From Massilicoli timonensis (GTDB taxonomy: Bacteria > Bacillota_I > Bacilli_A > Erysipelotrichales > Erysipelotrichaceae), in assembly GCF_900199515.1 (NCBI RefSeq), contig NZ_LT963434.1, positions 273,272 through 305,271 on the forward strand: a stretch of 32,000 nucleotides of DNA, given 5' to 3'. The notes under the pieces are model-generated. The model did not search any database. It was not told the origin of the DNA and saw only the letters and a program-made list of their open reading frames with translations. The translations under genes were made by a program, and so were the position numbers. Position 1 is the first letter of the stretch. Each line of letters starts with the position of its first letter. Shown here piece after piece: positions 1 to 9,021 of this stretch.

Positions 1-4
1 CGGG

Positions 5-17
5 AGTTTGACACCTA
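5..17. repeat. Left terminal inverted repeat of the IS
   Basis: AGTTTGACACCTA is the exact reverse complement of 1958-1970. Confidence 0.8.
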
Positions 18-146
18 AAAAAATAACAATATTCAAATAAAGGCTTAATCAAAAGCTTTTTTTATACTTTTTTTGTCAATTTTTTAGTTTTTGTATAGCG
101 TATTGTGCCGTATTGTGTTATAATGTCGTTAGGTGGTGATCCTTCT

Positions 147-1877
147 ATGCGTATCAATATTGTCAAATCTAAGAATGCTGAACAACTCTATATTATTCAC
201 TCTTACAGAATAAACGGTAAGAATACTTCCAAAATCTATAAAAAACTTGGCTCTATGGATCAACTCCTTCCTCTTCATAACAATGATCGTGATCAGGTCC
301 TTGCCTGGGCCAAAGAGCAGGCTCGTCTTGCTACCGAACAATATGATCAAGAAAATGAAAAAGTTTCTATATCTTTTCATCCTAATCTACATATCAAGAA
401 AAATGAACAACATTCTTTTAATTGCGGTTATTTGTTTCTTCAATCTATTTGCTCTCAGCTTCGCTTCGATAATATCTTCCGCAACATGAAAACCCGTCAT
501 AACTTCACTTTCCCTATTCAATCCATCTTCTCCGATCTGATCTATTCTCGTATCCTTCATCCTTCCAGTAAAAAGAGCTCTTATGATTTCGCTCACACCT
601 TGCTGGAACAGCCTAAATATGATATCCATCATATTTACAGAGCGTTATCTATTCTCGCTCAAGAATCTGATTATATTCAATCCGAAGTTTATAAGAACTC
701 TCACTTCATTCATCATCGTAATACAAAGGTCCTTTATTATGACTGTACCAATTACTATTTTGAAATTGAAGAGGACGATGATTTAAGAAAATATGGAAAA
801 TCAAAAGAACATCGGCCAAATCCAATCGTTACGATGGGACTGTTTATGGATACCGACGGGATCCCTTTGGCTTTCGATCTGTATCCCGGTAATCAAAATG
901 AACAGAAAACATTGAAGCCTTTAGAACAGAAGATCATTCGTGATTTTGATTGCAGTGAGTTTATCTATTGCAGTGATGCCGGTCTAGGTTCTCAAGATAA
1001 TAAACTGTTCAATGATATGCAAGGACGTTCTTATGTTATTGCCCAATCCTTGAAGAAACTGAAGAAAGAAGATAGAGAAATTGCTTTGGATCCTACTCAA
1101 TTTAGAAAAGTAGGAAGTAATCGATTGATCGATTTGCGTGAATTAGACGAAAGCGATCCATCTGTTTACGGAGAGATTTATTATAAAGAAGTACCTATCG
1201 AATCAAAGAAACTATCTGAAACGATGATCGTAACCTATTCGCCTAAATATCGTGCTTATCAAGCAAATATACGTCAAAAGCAATTAGAACGAGCACAAAA
1301 ACTATTAAATACAAGCAAGAACATTAGAAAAGAGCGGAAGAACCCGAATGATCCGGCTAGATTCATAAAGAAAACATCCGTTACAGAATATGGAGAAGTC
1401 GCTGATCAAGTTATTTATGAACTAGATCAGGAAAAGATAGGACAAGAAGCAATGTATGATGGTTTCTATGCCGTTACAACGGATATAGATGGAAGCATAG
1501 AAGAAATTATTCAGATCAACCAAAGAAGATGGCAGATAGAAGAATGCTTTCGTATCATGAAAACAGAGTTTGAGGCAAGGCCGGTATATTTACAAAGAGA
1601 GGATCGGATCAAGGCGCATTTTCTGATCTGTTTCATATCACTGTTGGTTTATCGTTTACTGGAAGAAAAGTTAGATAAGGAATATAGCGTAGAACAGATC
1701 ATACATACATTACGAGAAATGAATGTATGTGAGATAGAAGGATATGGATATATACCGACTTATAAACGAACCGATCTAACAGACAAATTACATGAATTGT
1801 TTGGATTTTATACAGATACCCAGATTATCAAACAGAAGAAAATGAGAAATATTATCCACAAATCAAAGAACAGATAA
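147..1877 (+). CDS. IS1634/IS4-family DDE transposase
   Basis: 576-aa ORF starting at ATG 147, preceded by the SD-like AGGTGGTGA at 131-139. The track start at 105 lies upstream of the element's own TGtTATAAT extended -10 (116-124). Motifs are YYDCTNYYFE, YCSDAGL and a C-terminal RRWQIEECFRIMK (R-3-E-6-K signature of IS4-type transposases). The N-terminus MRINIVKSKNAEQLYIIHSYR resembles IS1634-family proteins. Confidence 0.8.
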   Translation: MRINIVKSKNAEQLYIIHSYRINGKNTSKIYKKLGSMDQLLPLHNNDRDQVLAWAKEQARLATEQYDQENEKVSISFHPNLHIKKNEQHSFNCGYLFLQSICSQLRFDNIFRNMKTRHNFTFPIQSIFSDLIYSRILHPSSKKSSYDFAHTLLEQPKYDIHHIYRALSILAQESDYIQSEVYKNSHFIHHRNTKVLYYDCTNYYFEIEEDDDLRKYGKSKEHRPNPIVTMGLFMDTDGIPLAFDLYPGNQNEQKTLKPLEQKIIRDFDCSEFIYCSDAGLGSQDNKLFNDMQGRSYVIAQSLKKLKKEDREIALDPTQFRKVGSNRLIDLRELDESDPSVYGEIYYKEVPIESKKLSETMIVTYSPKYRAYQANIRQKQLERAQKLLNTSKNIRKERKNPNDPARFIKKTSVTEYGEVADQVIYELDQEKIGQEAMYDGFYAVTTDIDGSIEEIIQINQRRWQIEECFRIMKTEFEARPVYLQREDRIKAHFLICFISLLVYRLLEEKLDKEYSVEQIIHTLREMNVCEIEGYGYIPTYKRTDLTDKLHELFGFYTDTQIIKQKKMRNIIHKSKNR

Positions 1878-1957
1878 AAAAATACCACATATCGTTACAA
1901 AACGAAAACTCAAGATTAGCCTTTATTTATCAGCTTTTCTTGAGTTTTTTCATTGTC

Positions 1958-1970
1958 TAGGTGTCAAACT
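1958..1970. repeat. Right terminal inverted repeat of the IS
   Basis: TAGGTGTCAAACT is the exact reverse complement of 5-17. Confidence 0.8.
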
Positions 1971-2014
1971 TGGGATTATACCATTTTTTATGATACGATC
2001 GGATATATAAAAAA

Positions 2015-2068
2015 CAAGAAGTGCCTCATGTTTTGCGAACTAGGACGAGGTCATCTTCTTGCTTTTTT
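2015..2068 (+). terminator. Orphan terminator-like hairpin
   Basis: Outer stem CAAGAAG (2015-2021) / CTTCTTG (2055-2061) with inner CCTC (2024-2027) / GAGG (2047-2050), followed by CTTTTTTATTTT. No intact upstream gene exists because the IS ends at 1970. Confidence 0.45.
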
Positions 2069-2105
2069 ATTTTATCATATCTTTCCCTATCAGAAAAGAA
2101 AAAAA

Positions 2106-2168
2106 CTGTTGACTCCTTTCACTTTGTCAACAGTCTGTAAAAACTGCTTCGGCAGTTTTTTTCTTTTC
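2106..2168. terminator. Two further hairpins, the second a bidirectional-type intrinsic terminator
   Basis: First hairpin: CTGTTGAC (2106-2113) / GTCAACAG (2126-2133). Second hairpin: AAAAACTGC (2139-2147), loop TTCG, GCAGTTTTT (2152-2160), then a T-rich tail. The second has an A-run on the 5' side and a T-run on the 3' side. Confidence 0.55.
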
Positions 2169-2213
2169 AGGAAATGAGGGATATGATAAAATGAAGAAAA
2201 TAAGAGAGGTGTT

Positions 2214-2624
2214 TTGCATATGTGCATATTTTGTAAGATCGTAAATAAGGAAATCCCTTCGCATTGTATTTATGAAGATGATACCGTAATGGCGTTTCTC
2301 GATATTTCACAAGCTGCCAAAGGTCATACGCTGGTCATTCCAAAGGCGCATTATGATCATTTTCTAAACTGTGATGAAGCGCTTATGAAGCATGTGTTTG
2401 AGGTAGCGCAAATGCTGGGAAAACGCCTGCAGGCGGCCTTGCATGCCGATGGATTAAACATTTTAAGCAATGTCGGTACGGCTGCCGGACAAAGTGTTTC
2501 CCACTTTCACGTACATCTGATTCCGCGTTATGAAACAGGAGAAAATCATGTTACGATTGCGTTTGCGGACAATGCGCATGCGGACGCGGATATAGAAGCA
2601 ACCCTTGCATTGCTCAAACAATAA
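2214..2624 (+). CDS. HIT (histidine triad) family nucleotide hydrolase
   Basis: Carries the CIFCKI N-terminal motif and the histidine triad HFHVHLIPR. An SD AGAGAGGTG lies upstream. The start could be ATG 2214 or ATG 2220. Confidence 0.9.
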   Translation: MHMCIFCKIVNKEIPSHCIYEDDTVMAFLDISQAAKGHTLVIPKAHYDHFLNCDEALMKHVFEVAQMLGKRLQAALHADGLNILSNVGTAAGQSVSHFHVHLIPRYETGENHVTIAFADNAHADADIEATLALLKQ

Positions 2625-2644
2625 GGAAGGTGGTCGCCTTCCTT
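2623..2644. terminator. Bidirectional hairpin between convergent genes
   Basis: AAGGAAGG (2623-2630) / CCTTCCTT (2637-2644) with loop TGGTCG, overlapping both stop codons. Confidence 0.6.
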
Positions 2645-3800
2645 ATTTTAATATTTGCAGCTCCTCTAAGATGCGTACATCGGTTTCCACCGTATTTAAC
2701 AAAGCCAGTTCATCAAAATTAAAGGTGGGATCATGCAGCGGCTGATGGAAATCGGCATCTTTGATCCCGGTATAGAAAAACAATCCTTTTGTCTGCTGCT
2801 GATAAAAACTGAAATCTTCGGCGATCATCCGTGGCGATTCCTCGATGAAATCATCTGCACAAACAGCTTTGACCAGCGTATAAAGCTGTGGATCATTTTG
2901 CACGACCGGATAGCAGTCAACGATCTTGACCTGTATGACGACCCCATGCAGCAGCTCGATCCCTTTGGCAATCTCATGGATTCGTTTTTTCATCCGTTCA
3001 TGGTCCTGATCATCAAAACTGCGCATCGTGCCTTCTAAATGCGCCTTGGCAGCCAAGGCATTGCGCGCTTCTCCTGCACGCATCGTTCCGATCGTCAAAA
3101 CAGCACTATGTGAAGGATTGAGTGAACGCGATACGATCGTTTGCAACTGCTCGACGAATGCACATCCCGCTAACAGCGCATCATTGCCGTCATGTGGCAT
3201 TGCCGCATGGGCGCCGTTTCCCAAAATATCAAAGTAAAGCTCCGATACCCGTGCCATCAAAGGCCCTGCTTTTGTTGCGATCTTCCCTTTCTCAAGATCC
3301 GGCATGACATGTGTCCCGAAGATCGCTTTGATCGGATAAGTGCGAAACAAGCCGTTTTCGATCATGATCTTCGCCCCGCCGGGGTTTTCTTCCCCGGGCT
3401 GAAAAATAAAGACGATCCCCTGCTTCAGCGCTTCTTTATGTGCGCAAAGATAAGTGATCAAAGCAAGCAGCGCTGCCATATGTCCATCATGACCGCAGGC
3501 ATGCATCCGTTCCGGATAACTGCTGACAAAGGCCGCTTTCGTTTCTTCACTGATCGGCAATGCGTCCATATCAGCACGAAAAGCGATCATTTCGGTATTT
3601 TGCTTACCATATAAGACCGCCACCAGTCCATGTTCGATAAAATCTTCCCGCAGTTCATCAATTTTCAGCTGTTCCAGCTGTTTTTTCAAATACGCCTTCG
3701 TTTCGATCGTAGCCAATCCAATTTCCGGAATCTGATGAAGCGCGCGCCGATGGCGAATCACATCTTCGCCAAGCAAAGCGATTTCTTCTCTGATCTTCAC
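2643..3800 (-). CDS. M20D-family amidohydrolase, possibly N-acetyldiaminopimelate deacetylase (DapL/YkuR-like)
   Basis: 385 aa with N-terminal RRALHQIPEIGL, HACGHDGH and GEENPGGA metal-site motifs typical of M20D aminoacylases. GTG start at 3800, 16 nt after the coaD stop. The DapL assignment is inferred from family resemblance and the presence of dapH nearby. Confidence 0.75.
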   Translation of the reverse strand: MKIREEIALLGEDVIRHRRALHQIPEIGLATIETKAYLKKQLEQLKIDELREDFIEHGLVAVLYGKQNTEMIAFRADMDALPISEETKAAFVSSYPERMHACGHDGHMAALLALITYLCAHKEALKQGIVFIFQPGEENPGGAKIMIENGLFRTYPIKAIFGTHVMPDLEKGKIATKAGPLMARVSELYFDILGNGAHAAMPHDGNDALLAGCAFVEQLQTIVSRSLNPSHSAVLTIGTMRAGEARNALAAKAHLEGTMRSFDDQDHERMKKRIHEIAKGIELLHGVVIQVKIVDCYPVVQNDPQLYTLVKAVCADDFIEESPRMIAEDFSFYQQQTKGLFFYTGIKDADFHQPLHDPTFNFDELALLNTVETDVRILEELQILK

Positions 3801-3816
3801 ATTATCACCACTTCCA

Positions 3817-4299
3817 TTATATGCGCTGATGAGCGTTCTTTTCCAGCAGCTTCGCTTTTACGTGCGCATCCACATAGCCATCAATCTTACCGCCGCAATA
3901 CAGCACTTCTTTGACAGCGCTGGATGAGATAAAAGCAGTTTCAGCATTTGCCAGCATCCAGATCGTTTCCACCTGCGGCGCTAAATGCGCATTATTGCGT
4001 GCCAGTGTTTCTTCCAGTGCAAAATCCGCCGCACTTCTTAACCCCCTTAGCATCATCGTCGCACCAAGCTGCTGCACCGCCTGCACAGCTAAGCCGCTGC
4101 CGCTTGTTACCCTTACATTGGGAAAGCCGCTGATTGCATGATCGATCATTTCGATTCGCTCCTCAACGGTAAATAAGCAGTTTTTGGCGGGATTTTCCAT
4201 CACTAGCACCACCACCTCTTGAAACTGCGCCGCCGCTCTGGCAATCAGCTCCATATGTCCTTTCGTGATCGGATCAAACGTCCCCGGATATACGATCAT
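3817..4299 (-). CDS. coaD: Phosphopantetheine adenylyltransferase
   Basis: 160 aa with the YPGTFDPITKGH nucleotidyltransferase motif. Overlaps the rsmD 3' end, matching the conserved rsmD-coaD pair. Confidence 0.95.
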   Translation of the reverse strand: MIVYPGTFDPITKGHMELIARAAAQFQEVVVLVMENPAKNCLFTVEERIEMIDHAISGFPNVRVTSGSGLAVQAVQQLGATMMLRGLRSAADFALEETLARNNAHLAPQVETIWMLANAETAFISSSAVKEVLYCGGKIDGYVDAHVKAKLLEKNAHQRI

Positions 4300-4858
4300 C
4301 TACATTTCCTCCTTTTCGATAATAGCGCATACGGCTAATGCCGTACACCGCCTCCTTTTCTTGATAAAGCGAACCGAACTGTTTCGCAAACTGATCCTCT
4401 TTCAGGCTTTCTACGACCAGTACGCCGTCATCCTTCAATAATTCATAAGCGTCGATCAGAGTGATGATCTCCTCCATCTTTCCTAACGCATAAGGAGGAT
4501 CGACAAAGATCAAATCAAATTGACGCCCTTCCTCATGACAGCGAAGCAGCGCCTGCGCATAATCTAAATTCCAGATCGTACACTGTTGTTCCATCTGAAA
4601 CTGTTTTACATTCTTTTTGATGATTCCGATCGCCGCTTTGCTGTGATCATTCAAAAGGGCATGCGACATCCCTCTGGAAATCGCTTCATAGCTCATACTG
4701 CCGCTTCCCGCGAAAAGATCCAACATTTCCCCCTTGTCAAAATAAGTGCCGAGACTGGAAAATACCGCGCCTTTGGCTTTATCCGATGTCGGTCTGGTCG
4801 CTGCCCCCTCAAGGGTGGCAATGATCCGCGACCGATGTGTGCCGGCAATGATCCGCAT
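4274..4858 (-). CDS. rsmD: 16S rRNA (guanine966-N2)-methyltransferase
   Basis: Contains FAGSGS and VDPPY motifs. The start is set at ATG 4858 (MRIIAG...), which has AAAGGAGGG 7 nt upstream. The track start at 4885 lacks an SD. Confidence 0.85.
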   Translation of the reverse strand: MRIIAGTHRSRIIATLEGAATRPTSDKAKGAVFSSLGTYFDKGEMLDLFAGSGSMSYEAISRGMSHALLNDHSKAAIGIIKKNVKQFQMEQQCTIWNLDYAQALLRCHEEGRQFDLIFVDPPYALGKMEEIITLIDAYELLKDDGVLVVESLKEDQFAKQFGSLYQEKEAVYGISRMRYYRKGGNVDDRISGDV

Positions 4859-4976
4859 ACGATCCCTCCTTTTTCTTTTCTTCATTTTTTTGTATAAAGC
4901 AGATGGTAATGGGCAAGATAATAACGCATCAGGTAATGATGCAATCCCCCAATCTTTGTTTCTCCTCTTCCCTTTC

Positions 4977-5010
4977 TAAAAGAATCCCACTGCTGAAACG
5001 TGGGATTCTT
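4977..5010 (-). terminator. Intrinsic terminator downstream of the SEDS gene
   Basis: AGAATCCCAC (4981-4990) / GTGGGATTCT (5000-5009), followed on the minus strand by TTTT. Confidence 0.75.
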
Positions 5011-5013
5011 TCC

Positions 5014-6231
5014 TTATGTCTGTGATTGTCGTCTGATGCGGGAAATGACCGCCTGTGCGATCCCGATCGCACTCATGACTGACATCAGGGAAGATCCGCC
5101 GCTTGAAATAAATAACAACGGCACGCCGGTCAAAGGTATCAATCCCGTAACCCCGCCGATATTCAAGATAAAATGAAGCAGTATATAAAAAGCCGTTCCC
5201 ATTAAAATGATCTTATAGCCTTCACTGCGGGTACGCAGCGCATAATAGACCAGACGATAAATGACGATCCCATAACCGAGCACGATGATGAACAGACCGA
5301 TGATGCCTAGTTCCTCACTGGTGATCGCAAAGATATAATCGCTGCTCGCCTGCGTCAGATAACCGAATTTCTGTGTAGAATGCGTAAAGCCCAAACCGCC
5401 CAAACCGCCATTGGCGATCGCATACAAGCCGTTTACCAGCTGATAACCGGTACCGTAAATATCCTGAAACGGATTCATGCTCGCTTCAAAGCGTCCTACC
5501 ATATAGTCCAGCATCGGAATATGCTTTAACAAAGAAGACCCGAATTTACTGGTCAATAATAAGACAAACACCACCGCAATGACGATCAGCCATGCCAGCC
5601 ATTTCTGATATTTGCGCAGCGTCGGATGCGAAGGGATCAAAAAACAAAGACCGCAGATCGCCGTCAAGATCGCCAAGGTACCGAAATCCGGCTGCTTGGC
5701 AATCAACAGTGCAAAAACGGCATAAAAGATGACCGGATATTTCACGATCATCCACCACGTTACCTTTTTCTGAAAAAAACGTTCTACATTGACCGCCATG
5801 ATCACGATCATAAACACCTTGACAAATTCTGAAGGCTGAATACTGATATCGGTGATCACCAGCGGGATCCGGATCCATGCCTGCGATCCGGTGCCCATAT
5901 CGTCAAACAGAAAGGTCATGGCCAAAAGCGCAATAAAACAAAAGCCGATCACATTTCCATATTGCTTGGCTCTTTGCATCGTAAAGTAATTGGCAAAAGA
6001 AACCATCATGATATAAGAGAAGATGACAAATGCCACCTGCTTGACACAGGCAATGACCACCGACAGCACATTCTCCGTAGCCGATGCCTGAGAAGCAGAA
6101 AAGACCATCAGTGATCCGAACAGGACCAAGATCAAAACAAAAAGATGCAACAAAAAATCATATTTTGCCGGCATTCTCAATTTCATATAAGATAACAGTG
6201 TTTTTTTAGAAGACTGTTGTGAATTTTTCAA
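5014..6231 (-). CDS. FtsW/RodA/SpoVE (SEDS) family peptidoglycan glycosyltransferase
   Basis: Polytopic membrane protein with the conserved C-terminal GGVTGLIPLTGVPLPFISSGGSSL-like block. The likely start is TTG 6231, which has AGGAG 7 nt upstream. The GTG at 6240 abuts the SD. Confidence 0.85.
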   Translation of the reverse strand: MKNSQQSSKKTLLSYMKLRMPAKYDFLLHLFVLILVLFGSLMVFSASQASATENVLSVVIACVKQVAFVIFSYIMMVSFANYFTMQRAKQYGNVIGFCFIALLAMTFLFDDMGTGSQAWIRIPLVITDISIQPSEFVKVFMIVIMAVNVERFFQKKVTWWMIVKYPVIFYAVFALLIAKQPDFGTLAILTAICGLCFLIPSHPTLRKYQKWLAWLIVIAVVFVLLLTSKFGSSLLKHIPMLDYMVGRFEASMNPFQDIYGTGYQLVNGLYAIANGGLGGLGFTHSTQKFGYLTQASSDYIFAITSEELGIIGLFIIVLGYGIVIYRLVYYALRTRSEGYKIILMGTAFYILLHFILNIGGVTGLIPLTGVPLLFISSGGSSLMSVMSAIGIAQAVISRIRRQSQT

Positions 6232-6403
6232 AAGAATCACTCCTGTATTCTATTTTACACAATTTTCATCATTTTTGAAAGGACTACTTCTATTTTCGAA
6301 AGCAAAGATGTCCATGCCGGTCGCATCATGATTTCCTTTTTTCCCATTTCGTGTTAAAATAGGGTGCAGATGGAAAAAGTATGTTTAACGGAAAGGTGAT
6401 ATT

Positions 6404-6958
6404 ATGTTAATCAATAATCAGACAATCATCAAAGACAGTGATCCTTTGATGCGAAAAAAATCAAAGCCGGTAACGACTCCCCTTTCAAAAGAGGACGAAG
6501 AACTGCTGATGGATATGCTGCAATACGTTAGGGATTCCCATGATCCGGAAATCGCCGCAGCGAATGATCTGCGCCCGGCAGTCGGGATCGCGGCCGTACA
6601 GATCGGTGTTTTGAAGCAGATGCTTGCGATCTGCATCGACTATGAGGATGAACGAGTCGAATATGCGCTATGCAATGCCAAGATCGTGTCGCATTCCGTA
6701 CAAAACGCTTATCTGGCACAGGGAGAAGGCTGCTTATCTGTTGTAAATGAACATCCCGGTCATGTATTTCGACATGCGCGCATTACCGTAAGCGCCTATG
6801 ACGCTTTGCAAAAACAGCAAGTGAAATTTCGTGTATCCGGTTATGAAGCGATCGTTTTGCAGCATGAGATCGATCATTTCAGCGGCACGCTCTTTTATGA
6901 TCGGATCCCTGCCGACGACAACTGGAAAGAAGATCCAAACGCAATGGTAATCGACTAA
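6404..6958 (+). CDS. def: Peptide deformylase
   Basis: Has the three deformylase motifs GIAAVQIG, EGCLS and HEIDH. An SD GGAAAGGTG lies upstream. Confidence 0.95.
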   Translation: MLINNQTIIKDSDPLMRKKSKPVTTPLSKEDEELLMDMLQYVRDSHDPEIAAANDLRPAVGIAAVQIGVLKQMLAICIDYEDERVEYALCNAKIVSHSVQNAYLAQGEGCLSVVNEHPGHVFRHARITVSAYDALQKQQVKFRVSGYEAIVLQHEIDHFSGTLFYDRIPADDNWKEDPNAMVID

Positions 6959-7148
6959 AGAAAAGCGCATTCTTTAAGAACCGCTTTTTTTCTGCTTGCA
7001 TTTTTCTAAGAACTATGCGAAAATGTGCAAGTCAGTTTAATTGTTTTATCAAAGCACACAATTTTATTTCAGATATGTTATAATGTTGCTATTGAATAAA
7101 AGTGGTGCTTTTTCATACGACAATAATTATAACGAAAGGAGTTTATCA

Positions 7149-8975
7149 ATGAACCACACAACGAAAAATTATCGAAAAAGTGCACCTGTACACAATCAGT
7201 TGCCAAAAGAATCAACGTATAATCATCCGATCCATCGCCGCAATGATACCATGATCTATGCTTTGGGAGGACTTGGCGAAGTCGGAAAGAATATGTACTG
7301 CATCGAACATCTAAACGAGATATTGATCGTGGATGCCGGTGTCTTATTCCCGGAAGAAAATCTGCTCGGCGTGGATTATGTCATCCCTGATTTTAATTAT
7401 CTGATGCGGCATAATCACAAACGCAAAGTGCTCGTCATTACGCATGGTCATGAAGATCACATCGGCGGTATCCCGTTTTTATTAAAACAGGTGAATATCG
7501 AAGCGATCTATGCACCTCGCTTTGCGATCGCTCTCATCAACCGCAAATTGGAAGAACGGCGCATGCGCGGCGTCAAGCTAAGAGAAATCAATTCCGACAG
7601 TTCGATTCAAATGGAACATTTTACCGTCGGTTTCTTTGATACGATTCACTCGATTCCCGATTCACTCGGACTTTTGATCACGACGCCAAACGGCAAGATC
7701 GTTCATACCGGCGACTTCAAATTCGATTTAACACCAGTTGCGAAAAACGCCGATTATCAGAAAATGGCTTTTATCGGACAGTTAGGCGTTACGATGCTGT
7801 TAAGTGATTCGACCAATTCCGGCATCGAAGATTTTTCCATTTCGGAAAAACGGGTTGCCAATATGATCCTGGAAATCACCCGCAAGGCAAGCGGCCGTTT
7901 GATCGTAGCTACCTTTGCCAGCAATATGTATCGTGTCGCACAGATTCTTGAGGCGGCAGTACAATGCGGACGCAAGGTGATCGTACTTGGCCGCAGCATG
8001 GAAAATGTCGTTACGATCGGAAGAAAGCTGGGCAATATCAAGATTCCCGAAAAATGTTTTTTAACGCCGGAGCAGCTTTCCACTACCCCGGCAAACAAGA
8101 TCTGCATCGTCTGCACAGGCTCACAGGGAGAACCTTTGGCGGCGCTGTCGAGAATTGCCAACGGCACCCACCGCTTTATCAAATTGATTCCCGGTGATAC
8201 GATCGTCTTCTCTTCCTCGCCGATTCCGGGCAATGCCGGCAGCGTCAATACCGTTTTGAACAAACTGTTCCGTGCCGGTGCGAACGTACTCACCAAATCA
8301 GTCTTAAACGACCTGCATACGACCGGACACGCTTCTCAGGAAGAACAGAAACTGATGCTGCAGCTCATTAAACCGAAATATTTTATGCCGATCCACGGCG
8401 AATATAAAATGCTGAAGCAGCATCGCGATACCGCGGTAGAAGTCGGGATCCCGCCTGAAAATATCTTTACCTGCGCAAACGGCGATGTCCTGCTCATGCG
8501 CAATGAACGGGTATTCCTTTCTTCGATGCGGATCCAAGCAGATGACATCTATGTCGATGGCAATGATATCAGCGGTTTATCTACCGCAGTATTAAAAGAC
8601 CGCAAGATCTTAGCAGACAACGGCTTAGTTGCGGTCATCATCCCGATCGATTCCCGCACCAATTCTATTTTGGCAAAACCGGTCATCGTATCAAGAGGCT
8701 TTGTTTTCATCAAAGATTCACAGGGACTGTTAAAGGAAGCGGAAATGATCTGTTACAATGCATTAAAAGAAAGAATGGCTACAAAAATTACTTTCTCCGA
8801 TATCAAAAATACCGTGCGTTCTTCGCTGGAGCCGTTCTTATATCAAAAAACGCATCGTAATCCGATCGTCATTCCGGTTATCTTAAATTCCAAAGAAGCG
8901 ATGGCGCAAATGCAGGCAATGCGGCAGGCGCGTTTTCAGCAAAAGCAGCAGAAAGAAACAGCTGAAGAAGCATAG
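7149..8975 (+). CDS. rnj: Ribonuclease J (metallo-beta-lactamase/beta-CASP)
   Basis: Contains HGHEDHIGG, GDFKFD and HTTGHASQEE, and appears collinear with my recollection of B. subtilis RNase J1. The start is set at ATG 7149 with SD GAAAGGAG (7134-7141). The track start at 7041 lies in the promoter region (TGTTATAAT near 7075). Confidence 0.92.
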   Translation: MNHTTKNYRKSAPVHNQLPKESTYNHPIHRRNDTMIYALGGLGEVGKNMYCIEHLNEILIVDAGVLFPEENLLGVDYVIPDFNYLMRHNHKRKVLVITHGHEDHIGGIPFLLKQVNIEAIYAPRFAIALINRKLEERRMRGVKLREINSDSSIQMEHFTVGFFDTIHSIPDSLGLLITTPNGKIVHTGDFKFDLTPVAKNADYQKMAFIGQLGVTMLLSDSTNSGIEDFSISEKRVANMILEITRKASGRLIVATFASNMYRVAQILEAAVQCGRKVIVLGRSMENVVTIGRKLGNIKIPEKCFLTPEQLSTTPANKICIVCTGSQGEPLAALSRIANGTHRFIKLIPGDTIVFSSSPIPGNAGSVNTVLNKLFRAGANVLTKSVLNDLHTTGHASQEEQKLMLQLIKPKYFMPIHGEYKMLKQHRDTAVEVGIPPENIFTCANGDVLLMRNERVFLSSMRIQADDIYVDGNDISGLSTAVLKDRKILADNGLVAVIIPIDSRTNSILAKPVIVSRGFVFIKDSQGLLKEAEMICYNALKERMATKITFSDIKNTVRSSLEPFLYQKTHRNPIVIPVILNSKEAMAQMQAMRQARFQQKQQKETAEEA

Positions 8976-8993
8976 CTCAATCCATCGTTTCAT

Positions 8994-9021
8994 CAAAGAA
9001 GTGATCGCTCACTTCTTTTTT
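8994..9021. terminator. Bidirectional terminator between rnj and dapH
   Basis: AAGAAGTGA (8996-9004) / TCACTTCTT (9009-9017) with loop TCGC, an A-run before and a T-run after. Confidence 0.7.

Larger units (their letters stand above)
5..1970 (+). mobile_element. Insertion sequence, IS1634-like (IS4 superfamily), apparently complete, with a single transposase gene
   Basis: 13-bp terminal inverted repeats AGTTTGACACCTA (5-17) and TAGGTGTCAAACT (1958-1970) bracket one long DDE transposase ORF. The element looks more AT-rich than the flanking DNA. Its left end is 4 nt from the window edge, so the target-site duplication cannot be read. Confidence 0.8.

Noticed and set aside
1953-2177. 74-aa + strand ORF spanning the IS right end and the hairpin region.
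   Set aside because: It starts inside the IS inverted repeat, runs through three stem-loops, and has no SD and an implausible composition.
2179-2192. The 14-mer GGATATGATAAAAT upstream of the HIT gene is repeated exactly at 9687-9700 upstream of the metallophosphoesterase gene.
   Set aside because: Both copies are extended -10 promoter elements (TGaTAAAAT), so the match follows the promoter consensus. A single 14-mer match is about what chance predicts in 32 kb of AT-biased DNA.
4926-4942. Small hairpin GCATCA-GGTAA-TGATGC in the rsmD upstream region.
   Set aside because: It has a 6-bp stem with no U-run on either strand and no supporting context, so it is probably fortuitous.
7757-8296. 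179-aa minus-strand ORF inside rnj, with similar long antisense ORFs at 3192-3614, 9030-9407, 21323-21709 and 23494-24024.
   Set aside because: Each lies wholly inside a strongly motif-supported gene on the other strand. None has a ribosome-binding site or recognisable motifs, which is typical of shadow ORFs.
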